Positions 1 through 12,487 of a stretch of DNA of 64,000 nucleotides are shown here, piece by piece. A program made the translations under genes and the position numbers. The stretch's first letter is position 1, and each line of letters opens with the position of its first letter. The notes beneath the pieces were generated by a model. It was not told the DNA's origin and searched no databases. It was given only the letters and a program-made list of their open reading frames with translations. Origin of the DNA: Callorhinchus milii (Eukaryota); the NCBI RefSeq assembly GCF_018977255.1, contig NW_024704742.1:38070001-38134000 (forward strand), in the 5' to 3' direction.

Positions 1-967
1 CTGATCTTTTCATCTCGCCAGTGTTGTTCCCCATCATACTGTTTTCTCTATCAACTTTAGCATCTCTGTCTTGCCTTAAGTACTGGCCTTATATTCTCCA
101 TATCACGCCTTCTGTTTGGCCTGATGCTGTTACTTGTTCTCCTGTGTCAATGTAAAATGAACTGTACTCAGTGTTCATCTTACTACTTGGTTGCCCTTGT
201 TGAAAAGAACTTCACATTTATTACTTTCAGTGAATGGTCATTAATTGCTCCCAAATCCTGCTCCTTTTCCACCTGTGCACCAAGATGCATTGATTGTAGT
301 CAAAAGCTTCATATTAATTATTTTAATACGAATTAACATTTTTCCTCTTTCTGGGCTGGGAGTGGGAAAGAAACACATTGCATTTTGCATATAAATACAT
401 TTCAATTTTATTTTATCTCATCGAGTTCTGTATGTGAATAAATTATAAGAGGTGTTCCAAACCCTTTTCACAACAAGTATTGTACTCTTTTAAATGGGTA
501 GTTGGGGAATGGATCCATCAACACATCATTAAATATTATAGCTTTAAAAGCATTAAATGTAGAAGAGACACTGGTGGCTATAGCGCGAAAGGTGGGGAAA
601 GGAGTGAGAAGGAAAGAAGTCATGTTTGTAACTATTCAAAAGAAAAATTACTCATTTTTGTTTCAGTGACGTGGCTTGCATTGTACCTAAACAGAACTAC
701 TGTATAGTTCGCACTTGTACTGTAGTACTCCTTGTACTGGGCCCCAGACTATTTCCACATGGGCCTTGTATACTCGCTTAATTGCCATCAAATTAACTAA
801 TTGCAACAGTTGTGCACACTGCAGAACAGCTCCACACTTAACCCTTTGTTCAGTAGCCAGGCTGCAGCCCCCCACACCCCCCCTCAGTGTCTTTTCAGTA
901 TCTCTGAGAAGCAGCTCTCCGACAATATCCATGTGAAGGGCGCAACATCAATAATTCCTTCTGAAAA

Positions 968-1150
968 ATGACAATAATAGATTGTCACTTCAGTCTACGA
1001 CTGTTTGTGGGACACTGCTGTGCACAATTGGCTGCCGCGTTCGCCCACAAATATACAGTCAATTCACTTTACAGTGTGTTCTGTGAAGCGCTTTGGGACG
1101 TCCTCCCGACGTGAAAAGCGCTATATCAAATGCAAGGATTATTATTATTA
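968..1150 (+). mobile_element. Same SINE family, 3' half
   Basis: ctgtttgtgggacactgctgtgc...aaatgcaaggattattattatta. Confidence 0.85.
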
Positions 1151-2189
1151 AGTTGTTGTTGTACCGCATGTGGGAAACCCATCACCATGATTCAGAATAT
1201 TCAAACCAGACTGAGAGTTCCACATACGTATGCCACCTGTACATGGAAATTTTGCTGTGTCTGGAATTGATTGTGGACTCTCTACCTGGAGGGCACATAC
1301 TTACCTCATTCCAGAAAGTATTATGAGCAGGTTAGCAAGAGCCAACTCTTGGGGAACCAAAGCTCCCGAGTCCCCAGTGGCATGATGTCCCTTGCAAGCA
1401 GCACACTGACACATTTCCTGCACAAGTGCCATAATCCATTTTGAGCAGAATTGCGGATTACATTATTATATTGCAAACAGTTTGTCTAAGCAGTACTTTT
1501 TTTGTCTAGCTTGTTTTTGTCTTTTACTTACACAGGCTAGATATGAAATGCAACATAGAGTGCAAATGTTCACTCCAATGTTACTTAAAATACATAAAAC
1601 TGGTCGCTTTCAGTCCACTATTTACCACTGTATTTAGGGTTTCAGCAACAACGACTTGCACCTACATAGCACCTTTCATGTGGTTTCAAAGTGCTTCAGA
1701 CTCTCTCTGCAGCTCAATAAAGTTACTGAGCCTTGGCAGTGAACATGGTTAACTCCCATTTGTGAGCAAGTTACCTTGATCTTGTGCAAATTATGATGGG
1801 GAAAATGCCAGTTATATAGAGTGCTGGTCAGACCTCATTTAGTGTTCAGTTTTGTAGACACCTCTTCCCTTTGGTAAAGGTATCCATTACAAGGGAAAAA
1901 TCAGATGGTTAGATCTTAAAATGGATCTTAAAATCAAATATGGTCAGAACTGTGACCAGGAAACAATTTTTCACACAGAGGGTTGTGAAGGTGTAGAATT
2001 CTCTGCCCCAGGAAGATGCAGAGACTGCATCAGTAGAGATATTTAAAAGATATTTACAGAGACATTAAGAGGTATTGCTAATTGAAGGGATATTTAAAAG
2101 AGTGACCGATACTTTCAGATATTAAGGGCTTTGGCAAAATGGCAGGGCATTGGAATTAATAACATATATACAGTATACATATATACAGT

Positions 2190-3020
2190 ACAACAACAAT
2201 AACAAGAAAATTACATTTGTAAAGTGCCTTTCACGTCGGGAGGACATTCCAAGCGCTGGACAGACAGAGTAACGGACCCGAGCTGGGAGTTGGGATGGTG
2301 GAGGGCTGGGGGGGGGGAAGTAGAGAGATCGAAAGCATGGTCGAAGAGGTGGGTCTTAAGATGGGTTTTGAAGGTGGCAAGGGAGGGGGCGAGATGGAGG
2401 GACTGTGGGATGGAGTTCCAGAGGATGGGGGCAGGGTGGTGGAAGCTCCACCCACCAATAGTGAGGTGAGCGAGGTGGGGGAAGTGAAACAGGCTGGAGC
2501 GCGCTGAGCCGAGGGACAAGGCAGGACGGTAAGGGGATAGGAGGTCTCAGGGGTAGGGGGGAGCAAGACCGTGGGGTCTTTGAAGGTGAGGATCAGGTTC
2601 TTGAACTGTATACTTGTGGAGTCCTGTAGCTCAGTGGTTGAGCACTCGCTTTGCAAGTGAGAGACCTGAGTTCAATTCCAGGCAGAGGGCGAAACCTTGG
2701 GCAAGTTTCCTTACTCCACACGCCTAATAATAATCCCTCCAAAAACAAAAAAAATAAATAAATTGGTCCTTTTCAATCTACGACTGTTTGTGGGTCATTG
2801 CTGTGCGCAATTGGCTGCCGCGTTCGCTCACAAATATACAGTCAATTCACTTTACAGTGTGTTCTGTGAAGCGCTTTGGGACGTCCTCCTGACGTGAAAA
2901 GCGCTATATCAAACGCAAGGATTATTATTATTATACTCTGTGTGATGGGAAGCCAGTGGAGTTGGGCAAGGATAGGGGTGATAGGGTCGGGGAGACTGGT
3001 GCGGGAGAGGACATGGACAC
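2190..3020 (-). mobile_element. L2 LINE 3' fragment, interrupted by a SINE at 2616-2934
   Basis: PITPILAQLHWLPITQ and ILWNSIPQSL...FKTHLKTHLF motifs on the minus strand; (TTG)n-like tail. Confidence 0.9.
2616..2934 (+). mobile_element. Full-length tRNA(Ala)-derived SINE with L2-type tail and (ATT)n end
   Basis: gtggagtcctgtagctcagtgg (A box), TGC anticodon loop, gagttcaattcc (B box), ends aaacgcaaggattattatta. Nearly identical to the copies at 36257 and 51089. Confidence 0.92.
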
Positions 3021-3602
3021 AGTAGTGCCCTTCGTGCGAGGTAGTGATGTGGAGCACTGAATTAAAAGATCTCCCAAAATGTAAAACTGGTGGAAGAGCA
3101 GGATTGACCTTCTCTTGTTCCTATTTTCTTGTGTTCCCATAAGGTTTGTTCATTTACTGACAAATAGAGAGAAACCCTCATATTTTCCCAATCTAGTGAT
3201 GTATTTCAGTTGACATAGCTGCTTGGTCTCTTTCAGCAGTTTGTGTGAGTTTATGGTTTAATGAGAGTTTATGGTCAGAAGAGTGTTATAAAGTTTGATA
3301 AAGACACTGGACTCTGTGTTGTAGTCTTGATTGTGACTGAATGCTGAAATGACTACCCAAGGTTTTACTGATTTACCCAGAGACCACAGTGTGTTTGGGA
3401 ACATGTGAGGACTGATTCCATTCTAGCATCTGACAAACTATTAGACTGGATATATTGCCCAAGCTGTCAGAAGTTTCTATGAAAATGGTTCATTTAAAGC
3501 AACAATTTTAGCCCGGCCATTTCTAATGAGAGGTACATGCTAGACGAGTGAAATGTAATTAATTGCAACCATGTGCACTTACAGAGTGTCTTTTACGTAA
3601 TA

Positions 3603-5495
3603 TAGGGTTGTCCAACCTTTTGGCTGCTGAGGCCCAGATGCCGGATTTGAGAAACATCCGTGGACCACATAAGCAATATTTTATCCTGATTGGCTAATCC
3701 CATTGTCAGGAAGAGCGTGAGCCCCCGGTGACCGTTTCATAAGAACATAAGAATAAGGAGCAGGAATAGGACATTCGGCCCCTCGAGCCTGCCCCGCCAT
3801 TCAATAAGATCATGGCTGATCTATTCTAACTCCACCTACCCGCCTTATCCCCATATCCCTTAATCCCTTTATCCACAAGAAATCTATCAATCTCAGTCTT
3901 GAATATGTACAAGGACTGAGCATCTACAGCCCTTTGGGGTAGAGAATTCCATAAATTCACTACCCTCTGAGTGAAGAAGTTTTTCCTCAACTCAGTTGAA
4001 AGGGCTTACCACTAATTTTAAGACTGTGACCCCTGGTTGTAGTTTCTCCAACCAGGGAAAAAGTCTCCCACTGTCTATTCTGTCGTGCCCCGTAATAATC
4101 TTATAGGTTTCTATAAGATCACCTCTCAGTCTTCTATATTCTAAAGAATATAGGCCTAAATTGCTCAACCTATCCTCATAACTCATCTCCCTCATCCCTG
4201 GTACCAACCTAGTGAATCTACATTGTACCCTCTCCAAGGCGAGTACATCCTTTCTTAAATAAGGAGACCAAAACTGCACACAATACTCTAGGTGCGGTCT
4301 CACCGGGGCCCTATACAGTTGCAGCAAGACTTCCCTACTCTTATATTCTAACCCTTTTGTAACAAATGCCAACATACCGTTAGCCTTCCTAATTACTTGC
4401 TGTACCTGCAAACTAACTTTTTGTGACTGGTGTACAAGGACACCCAAGTCCCTATGAACGCTAACACTAGTTTCTCCCATTCTAAAAAATAATCTGCTGT
4501 ACTGTTTTTTCCTCCTCGGTGGATGACCTTACACTTCCCTACATTATACTTCATCTGCCGCCTATTTGCCCACTCACCTAGCCTATCTGTATCTTGTTGC
4601 AATTTTTTAATGTCATCCTCTGTGTTTACTCTCCCTCCTAGTTTAGTGTCATCCGCGAATTTGGATATATTAAGTTCAATGTCCTCATCTAGCTCGTTGA
4701 TGTAGATAGTAAATAGTTGAGGCCCAAGCACTGATCCTTGTGGCTCTCCACTAGTGACATCCCGCCAATCTGAGAAGGACCCGTTTATCCCTACTCTTTG
4801 TTTTCTTCCCGTTAGCCATTCTTCAATCCATGCATATTCAATCCATGGCATATTCCCCTTAATTCCATGGGCCCTAATCTTGTGAATCAACCTTTTATGC
4901 GGCAACTTTTTGAATGCCTTTTGGAAATCTAAATATCCTACATCCACCAATTTCCCCCCTATCTAATCTTGATATGTCCTCAAAAATATCTAAAAGACTT
5001 CCCTTTTGTAAAGCCACGTTGACTCTGTCTAATCATATTGTGATCCTCACTATGACATCCTTCATTAAGGCTTCTAGAATTTTTCCTACCACCGATGTCA
5101 GACTGACTGGTCTATAGTTCCCCGTCTTCTCTCTCCCACCCTTCTTAAATAGTGGTGTGATGTTTGTGATCTTCCAATCAATGGGAACCGTTCCAGAATC
5201 CAAAGAATTTTGGAAGATCAGACACAAGACCTCCACTATCTTTTAAAACCCTAGGATGCAAACCATCAGATCCAGGGGACTTGTCACTTTTTAATGACAG
5301 CAATTTCTCTAGCACCAATTCTTTGCTAATGTAAATTTCCCTAAGTTGCTCCCTATCATTAGTCCCTTGGTTTATCTCTATTTATGATTGGCTCAGAGCC
5401 TGCGCCTTACCTGTATTTACTTGGGGGACAATGAAGTTGGAAATGGTTCTGGGTCGAGTGAAAACACCCCTTCGGCCCATAGTTGGACTATCCAG
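3603..5495. mobile_element. hAT-like non-autonomous DNA transposon interrupted by the CR1
   Basis: Left end tagggttgtccaac and right end gttggactatccag form an imperfect TIR; flanking 8-mers acgtaata / atgtagca resemble a decayed 8-bp TSD. Confidence 0.5.
3738..5380 (-). mobile_element. 5'-truncated, decayed CR1 LINE (RT region of ORF2 plus 3' UTR)
   Basis: Frameshifted ORFs with NYRPVSLTSVVGKILE, YLDFQKAF, PQGSVLGP, SKFADDTKLGG and RPHLEYCVQFWSP; (TTCTTATG)n-type tail at about 3738-3755. Confidence 0.93.
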
Positions 5496-6555
5496 ATGTA
5501 GCATAATAGTGTCAAGAGAGGCACAGGGACAGTGTGGAAATCCGAACAAACTGTGTAGTATGGGAAGGGAGCTGGTATGAGTGAGGTGACCAAAGAGTTA
5601 AGTTTTTATAACGCTTTTCAAATGTGGAGGAAGAGGGATTTCTGGTATATTATTCAGAGAGTAAAGGCTGAGTACCTATAAACGCACCTCAAGCAGTTAC
5701 CCTTGTAGTGACAAGCTCACTCAGAAAACCTGTAAGGATGGCAAAGGAATACTGTGCACTGTGTCAGAACAAGAAAAGTTCTGTTATCCACCACTGACAC
5801 CTTGAAGCATAAGATCCCCCACCCCCCAAAAAGAGAGATTGATTAGCCCCATCAGTTTCAGCTTAAAATTGTTTCTTAACGCTGACTAGGATTTGTGTGA
5901 ACACAGATTGACCTCCACATACCTTCTTCAGCACAGATGGAATCTTAAATATTTGGAATATCTCGGCTTTATGCGATTGTTTGCTCAATTGCTGATTTAA
6001 AGAGGGTTGATGAGGTGGGGGTGGGGAGAAACCCTGCTCTTATTAAAACTGGATCCTCTGTGAATGTTGGAAGTTTGCTAATTCACCAGTGGCTACTGTC
6101 GCACACTTACTTACTGAGTGTTCGTTTGCCTGCTTGAGATTCTTTCATGCAAATACTCGTGAGAAAATTCAGCTTTCTATCCAGACACGATATTTCATTT
6201 TGTAACACGTGCAGGGTACAATCACTGTCACTAAAACAAACATTTGGTAAATTGGAAGTCTAGGCACAGGAGCATTTTTGACTGAGCATCTGAGATGTTA
6301 AGGTTTCTGTAAGGGATGTTACGTTTAATTCTGATTTCAGGTACAACACCCATATTACACACGTCAAAGAAAATCTGTGCTTAACAAAATAAGGTGAAAG
6401 GTATTAGATAACTTCTAAGAGTTATCAGGGTATCAGCTTGGCTCCGAGGACATCATTCTTATCTCGGCTAACAGGACTGCTGAAGCCATATCTCAACGGG
6501 TATAATCAACTTCACCAGAAAGGCAAGAGGGTTAGAATGATGCATTATTGTATTT

Positions 6556-6780
6556 AGCAGCTTGGCTCAGTTGCTTGGACTCTCGCCTCTAGGTCAGCAG
6601 GTTGTGGGTTCAAATCCTACATCAAGTCTGACACTCCAGGCCAGTTGGGGTTGCACTGCATGGCCTTAAGTGCCTTCGGATGAGATGTGAAACAAGAGTC
6701 TTGTCTGCCTGATCAGATGGATGTTGAAGATCCGCTTTTCAAAAGAGAAGGGAGTTCCTCTAGTTTTCTGACCAACAAAC
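6556..6780 (+). mobile_element. Older tRNA-headed Deu-domain SINE (SacSINE1/AmnSINE1-like)
   Basis: cagcttggctcagttg...gttgtgggttcaaatc, then ttcggatgagatgtgaaac...gtctgcctg...atgttgaagatcc. Confidence 0.7.
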
Positions 6781-7558
6781 CTCCTGAGGCATTTTGACTT
6801 GTCAGGGGTTGTATCAAGTGCCGGGAGTATTATTAAAATAACACAATAACTACAATTCTCTTTTGAAGTATGAAATCCCTCCATTTTTCTCACCTTCTCC
6901 CCTCCCACTTCCTCCAACCCATTCTTTGTCTTAATTGAAAACTCACTGAATTGAGTTTCTCCTGCGATTGCGGTAGGGGGGAGAACATACTTTTTGGACC
7001 TTCATCCTTGACTTCAGGAGATATAACCTCCAGCATTCTAGCTAGCTGGTGAAAGGTCATACGTATAGGCCACTGTACAATAGCTGTTGATTCTCCCTCC
7101 TACTGGGAACTAATCTAGAGAAGCCAAATACCTCACTTCAATGACTTGTCTGAAAACGGGTACTCTTGTGTGGTTGTAGCAAGGGGTTGGAGGAGGAGGA
7201 AGTCAGATCTGCATCCTCTTGTTCCCAGTCTCCAAAGAGTGGAACCACCACACTCCCTACAGTCTGTTCTCTTCTAATAGCTTCTGCTTCCATGCTACAA
7301 GACTCTCACTTGCCTGCCTCTGCTTTCTGAGACTGAATCTTGTGTGTTTCAATCATTCTGCTTAATTTCCTCTCTCGCTGAACGCACGCTCACTACACCT
7401 AATTGCTGCTCACCCATCAAAGGCTGTGCACTGATGTGCTCTCCGGGTCTAACCTTTGAACTTGATTGCGCAGGCCTTCTCGGTCTAATATGCAAGCTTA
7501 ACCACACTGCTGGAATGCTGTTTCTCTGCAAACCTTTGCATCCTGTTTCTTTTGACAG

Positions 7559-7678
7559 GGATGCATGCCCAGACCAGGGACAAGCTTCACCCTCTCCCAG
7601 CCCAACTTTTAGTGCCTCTGACCCTCTTCAGAGCAGAGCAGCTTGGCAAGGAGCAGTCAAACTGCGACGGAGAAACAG
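7559..7678 (+). CDS. shroom3: Shroom3 coding exon (equivalent to human exon 3), phase 2-2, 120 bp
   Basis: Acceptor tttgacag|G and donor AG|gtaaaa. Encodes (R)DACPDQG...SRAAWQGAVKLRRRN(R), resembling recalled human SHROOM3 RDVCTDPG...KAAWSGGVKLRLKHR. Phase joins the next exon. Confidence 0.88.
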
Positions 7679-10600
7679 GTAAAAGATGGGAGGGAGGGAA
7701 GGTGATGAGAGCAAAAGGGTTTAGCTGAAGGAAGCACAGGACTGTTGTTTTCATTAGCTGCAGTGTATTGCGTGCCTTGCTTAGCTGAGTTTTCTGTGTC
7801 TTTCTGAAGCAGACTGTTCCATCACGTAATGCAACGAGACTAAAAGGTTACATTCATGCAAACAAACTCGCAGCGCTGAATCGAAAGTTCCACATTCCAT
7901 TACATAATACCAGTCTCGAGGTCCTTTTTGTACTCTCAACTTTCAAAGAATATTTTTCTAAAAAAAAACTAATTTGCAACAGGAATGTGGAATTCTTTGA
8001 ACGTGTCCCAGTTCTCACAGGTGTGTCAGTAACATCAGGAATATCGTCGTGAAATGGTCTTCGTTGATACTCTGGGTAAAGTTCCTGCTGCAACTGAGTG
8101 GCATTTCAGCTGAAATTTAAAAGTAAATCACAAGAAATATTTCTAAGTTTATCTTTCGGCAGTTCTGCATGTTTCAGACAGCGCACACAAGCCCCACCCC
8201 TCTGTCCAGATCGGATCAATTCTTCATTGTACTTTGGTAAATAAACGGTAGCTTTTCAAGGTTTCCCCTTTTATCTTGTGATGCACCTTATGTATTTTTT
8301 TAAAAAAAGAAAGTTTCCTGTTTACATATTTTTGCAAGTAAAATTTTAGATCTACAATTTAAGCTGTCTGGTGTTGCAGTGTGTTAGAGAACAGATTTTC
8401 AGAACTGGGATCTCTACAGGTAGTTGGTTTGGTGAGTTTCATAACCTGATTTGATGCTTTGGTTTTAATGGACCACAGCCATTGATCCGGTTTGACTGAG
8501 CCAGTTCTCAGGTGGCTTTCATCTGGTCTCTTCCGGTCCAGCGAAATTCTACATAATAAACCATGGGCCAACCCTAGCAGTTCTCTCCCCAGGAGACTGC
8601 TACAATACAATACACAATACAAAATTACATTTGTATAGCGCCTTTCACTTTGGGAGGACTCCCAAGGCGCTGGGCAGCACTTAACAAACAGGCCTGGGGA
8701 TACTTGGTCTTTTCCCCTCCAATTTCCTTGTTGTGGAATTTATTTTGGTCAGCTGAATGTCTGAAACATGTGGAAACCCATTACCATGCTAAAGAGTTAC
8801 CGAACCAGACTGAGAGTTACACATATGTCTGCTATCTACACACGTTGTGGAATGGCATCCAATGAGGAAGTGAAAGGGTACAACATAAACTGAGGAGTAT
8901 TGTTCTAAGGGTCAACTAAAGCTGTCCTCCAGGATCCCTAGCCGCAATCTGAAAAAGTCTCAAAATGTGTTGCATTGCAATCACTTTGTTCCATATTGCA
9001 ATGTGGATTATTGACCACATAAAATTATTTACCAAGATGTACCCCCTCTATAGTGGCCGATTGGCTGACTGGTTTGGAGGGGAGAAGCTGCTTTGTAAAT
9101 ATAGACTTGTACTGTACATCCTTGGCCCCTTTTGTTAAACTACATGCTCCCTCTCGACAATGTCATCTGCAGACATGGGATCAACTTCCGCCACTGTCAA
9201 GCCCTCCGGGTTATTACCCCACTTGAAGCGCGCTATATAAATGCAAGTTGTTGTTATGCTGCATCGCTGCTGCTGCAATCCTGATCGGATTGTGGTGTAT
9301 TGCTGTGTGCAACTGGCTGCCCCATAAAATTCATTCAATCCACTTTATGGTATATCCTGTTTAATGCTTTGAGACGTCTCAAAGATGTGATAAGGCGCTA
9401 TATCAAATGCAAGGATTATTATTTTATTATATTTTTATTTTATTATTGTTTTAAACATCTGCGTTCTGCATTGACAGCACTTGTCACCGCCCTCAGTTTG
9501 AAGAAGTTTTCTGTTTTCAGCACTGCAAGTTAGCTCCTCAAAGACTGCGTCATCTTTCAATGCACTTTTTTGGCAGGTCATGCATTCCTTACTTTCCAGT
9601 TCTGTTTTCTTCAGCAGAAGTGGCTGCTATTTATAGAATCCTTGGCTTGGATTGAGCAAAGTGTTTCCAGGACAACGCAGAGCCCCAGTTGTGCTGGCAC
9701 TGCAGTGCTCTCTCTCATGGTTGATTCCCATTTCTGGGAGTGAACTTCTAGCTGGACCCTGCACGGAGACAGTTCGTCACTAATACAATTTTTTTAATGC
9801 CATTAAAAAGATTTAAGTACTATAATAAATTAAAGCAAACTTCAAGAAAGAACCTTGCTGAGACCTCAGTGCCAGAAAGGGGAGCTTATTCAGATAGATA
9901 CAATGGGACTATTAAGCGCTTTAGAGTTACAAACATACGTTTCACACAGTCTCCTCGCTGCGGCTTTCCATTTGGATTCTCGGCTCATCGATCTCTCCTA
10001 CTTTTTGTCAAACAGGCCCTTAAGCCAAGATTCGGCAGAATGTTTTATTAGCAGTGGGCGAAGCCTTGGCATGTGAACTATGAGAGTTATGCACCAGTCC
10101 TGTCTGGCTCCATTTATCCATTATCACGCCATCAATCTGCACCAACTGATAAATACCTTTAATAGTTCGGGGAGGTTTTTTTGAGAATTCTGAAGGCCAC
10201 TTCCTTGTTCTGGCATTTTTTTTTGCCTTCACTCGTACAAACTTATAACAGTCGTGTAGCCTGCAGTGCAAACAGACCCTTCGATGAATGCAGCCTGCTT
10301 CATGGTCCTGATAAAGCAGACCAGTGAACTACTGAAATTAATATAAAGTTGGCTTATGCATTTTTATTTTTGCATTTGCAAATTTTTCCTCCACCGCATT
10401 TTCACCCTGTCCCTCCTCTCCTGTACCAGACCTATGGACAGTACAGCACTCATTCTTTGGGTCACACATCTTTCAGCGGCTTGGGACGTCCTCACGACGT
10501 GAAAGGCATTATACGAATGTAATCTTCTTCTTGTTGTTCTCCATCTATTGGGCAGTGTCGGTGCTCCAAAGATGCAGTTAAAGAACTTGGCCACGAGGTG

Positions 10601-12159
10601 GAGAGAGAGAGCGAGAGAGAGCAGCTCAAGGCAATGTGCCGACAGATTGATGTAACTGAGACACCTATCAACTCCCAATGGCTTGTCCCTAAGTCTTCAG
10701 TTAATAGTTATTGAAAATTAGAAGGTTTCGATAAAAGTGCCACATGCAACGTATGGATTCAGTCTAACTGGCCATGATGTGTTTACCTGGTCGCCCTGAC
10801 AGCCCTGAGATTGGGAGCAAGCAGCACGATAGGGTACCTGAGAAGCTTCGGAGAATGTAGGAATATAGGAACAGGAGTAGAGTATTCAGTCCCTCAAGGC
10901 TGTTCTGCCATTCTATTAGATTATGGCTGATCTGTACCTTAACTCTATTTCCCCACTTTTGCTCCATATCCCGTGATACTCTGACCTAATCATCTTCCCC
11001 GGTGGGTGCAAGAGTGGGTGCTTGTTTCCCGCAGTGCCTTGCAGCTGAGCTCCTGCCTCTGGTCTCCGTAAAGGTTGCGGCTTTCAGATGAGCCGGAGAT
11101 TGTGATACGATTCGTGGTTTTTACAGGACCTGAGTTTGCACGTGTTTGTGCTGTTGTGGACTCGTGTTTCCATGTGCTCATGTTTTTGTACAGTACTTAT
11201 GCTGCTCTTTGTGTGTGTTCTCATTGGTTTTACATGTGTGGTCACTGGTGTTGTGGAGACCAGCCCGCAGTATCAACAGGGAGGATTCCAGAGAGCAGTG
11301 GCAGCCAGGACTATTCACGTTGCAGCCGTTTTGCAATATAAACAAGGAATAAATCAAAACTTTTGATAAAGCCTCAGTTTACAGTGTGAGCTGGAAAAGT
11401 GTGCTCTGCAACTGGTGCTATCTGTCTCGAAAGGCGAGATTAAAAATAGGAAACCACCCCAGAGATATTTGAAGGTCAAACCCATGAAACTCATTAAAAA
11501 GCCAACATGCGGACTGGAATGTGGATCATAAATCAACGAAAATCATCTTAAATGTTCGGATTTATCTTCTATTCTGTCCTTATTGGGGACTCAGGTGTAG
11601 ATTTGTTTCCTCTTCAGTTTCATTGCCACAGCAACTCTGGCACTAACCCCTCTCAAATAAAAAAAAGTCGCATCATCATTCCCCGAATCATGTGAAGTGA
11701 TTGTGATAACCAGGGAGGAAGTTTGCCAATGTCTAAAGATGTGGGGGGGAATGTGACCGCTGCTTTTCACGACAACACTTGCTGCCGTTAGACAACAAGA
11801 AGTGCAAATGACATTTGTATAACACTTTTCACGTCAGAAGGACATCCCACAGATAAGGAAGGGGAACTTCTCAACTGGTTACAGGGGAGGGAGTTATTCT
11901 TAACTCATTTGTGAGTTGCTTCCTCAGAACAGTGTGAAGGACATGTCAGTGATGGGTAACATTTCCCGTACATAATCCTTTCCACCCCATGGTCCCTGCA
12001 TAGGACTGGTTGAACCCTAAGGTGGACAATGGCAGAATTTTTTTTATAAGCTTATAACACGGTATTACATTGTCTAAAAAGTGTCTCTAAGCGAGGGTCT
12101 AAAAATGTGTTTTCAATAACAACTGTCAATATAGTGATTTTTCTTCGGCAAGCAAACTA

Positions 12160-12487
12160 GCCATTCCCACACAAGGTCCCTGAAACAACCATGTGGTGAA
12201 TGATCAATTTACCTGGCTAAGATTGTCGGCCAGGGGCCTGGGAGAAACAGCCTTCTCTCTTTGAATAGTGTCATGGGATCCTTAATGTTCACGTTAACAC
12301 GTTAACAGGCAGGTGGGACCTTACTTTTAGCATTTCATTAAAGGACAGCGCCTACAACAATGTAGCACACCTCCAACACAATGTACACAGTCAGTGTAGA
12401 CTGTGAACTCAAGTCTCAGCTGGGACTTGAACTCACAACCTTCTGACCCAGAGGTGAGAACGCTACCAACTGAGCCAACCTGACAAC
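12160..12487 (-). mobile_element. Deu-type SINE
   Basis: Reverse complement of the 48035 and 56622 copies (ctaccaactgagccaacctgac head; tgtcatgggatccttaa). Confidence 0.75.

Noticed and set aside
1..7558. Possible loss of the PDZ domain
   Set aside because: No PDZ exons are visible, but the first exon found starts in phase 2 with an acceptor, so the PDZ exons most simply lie upstream of the window.
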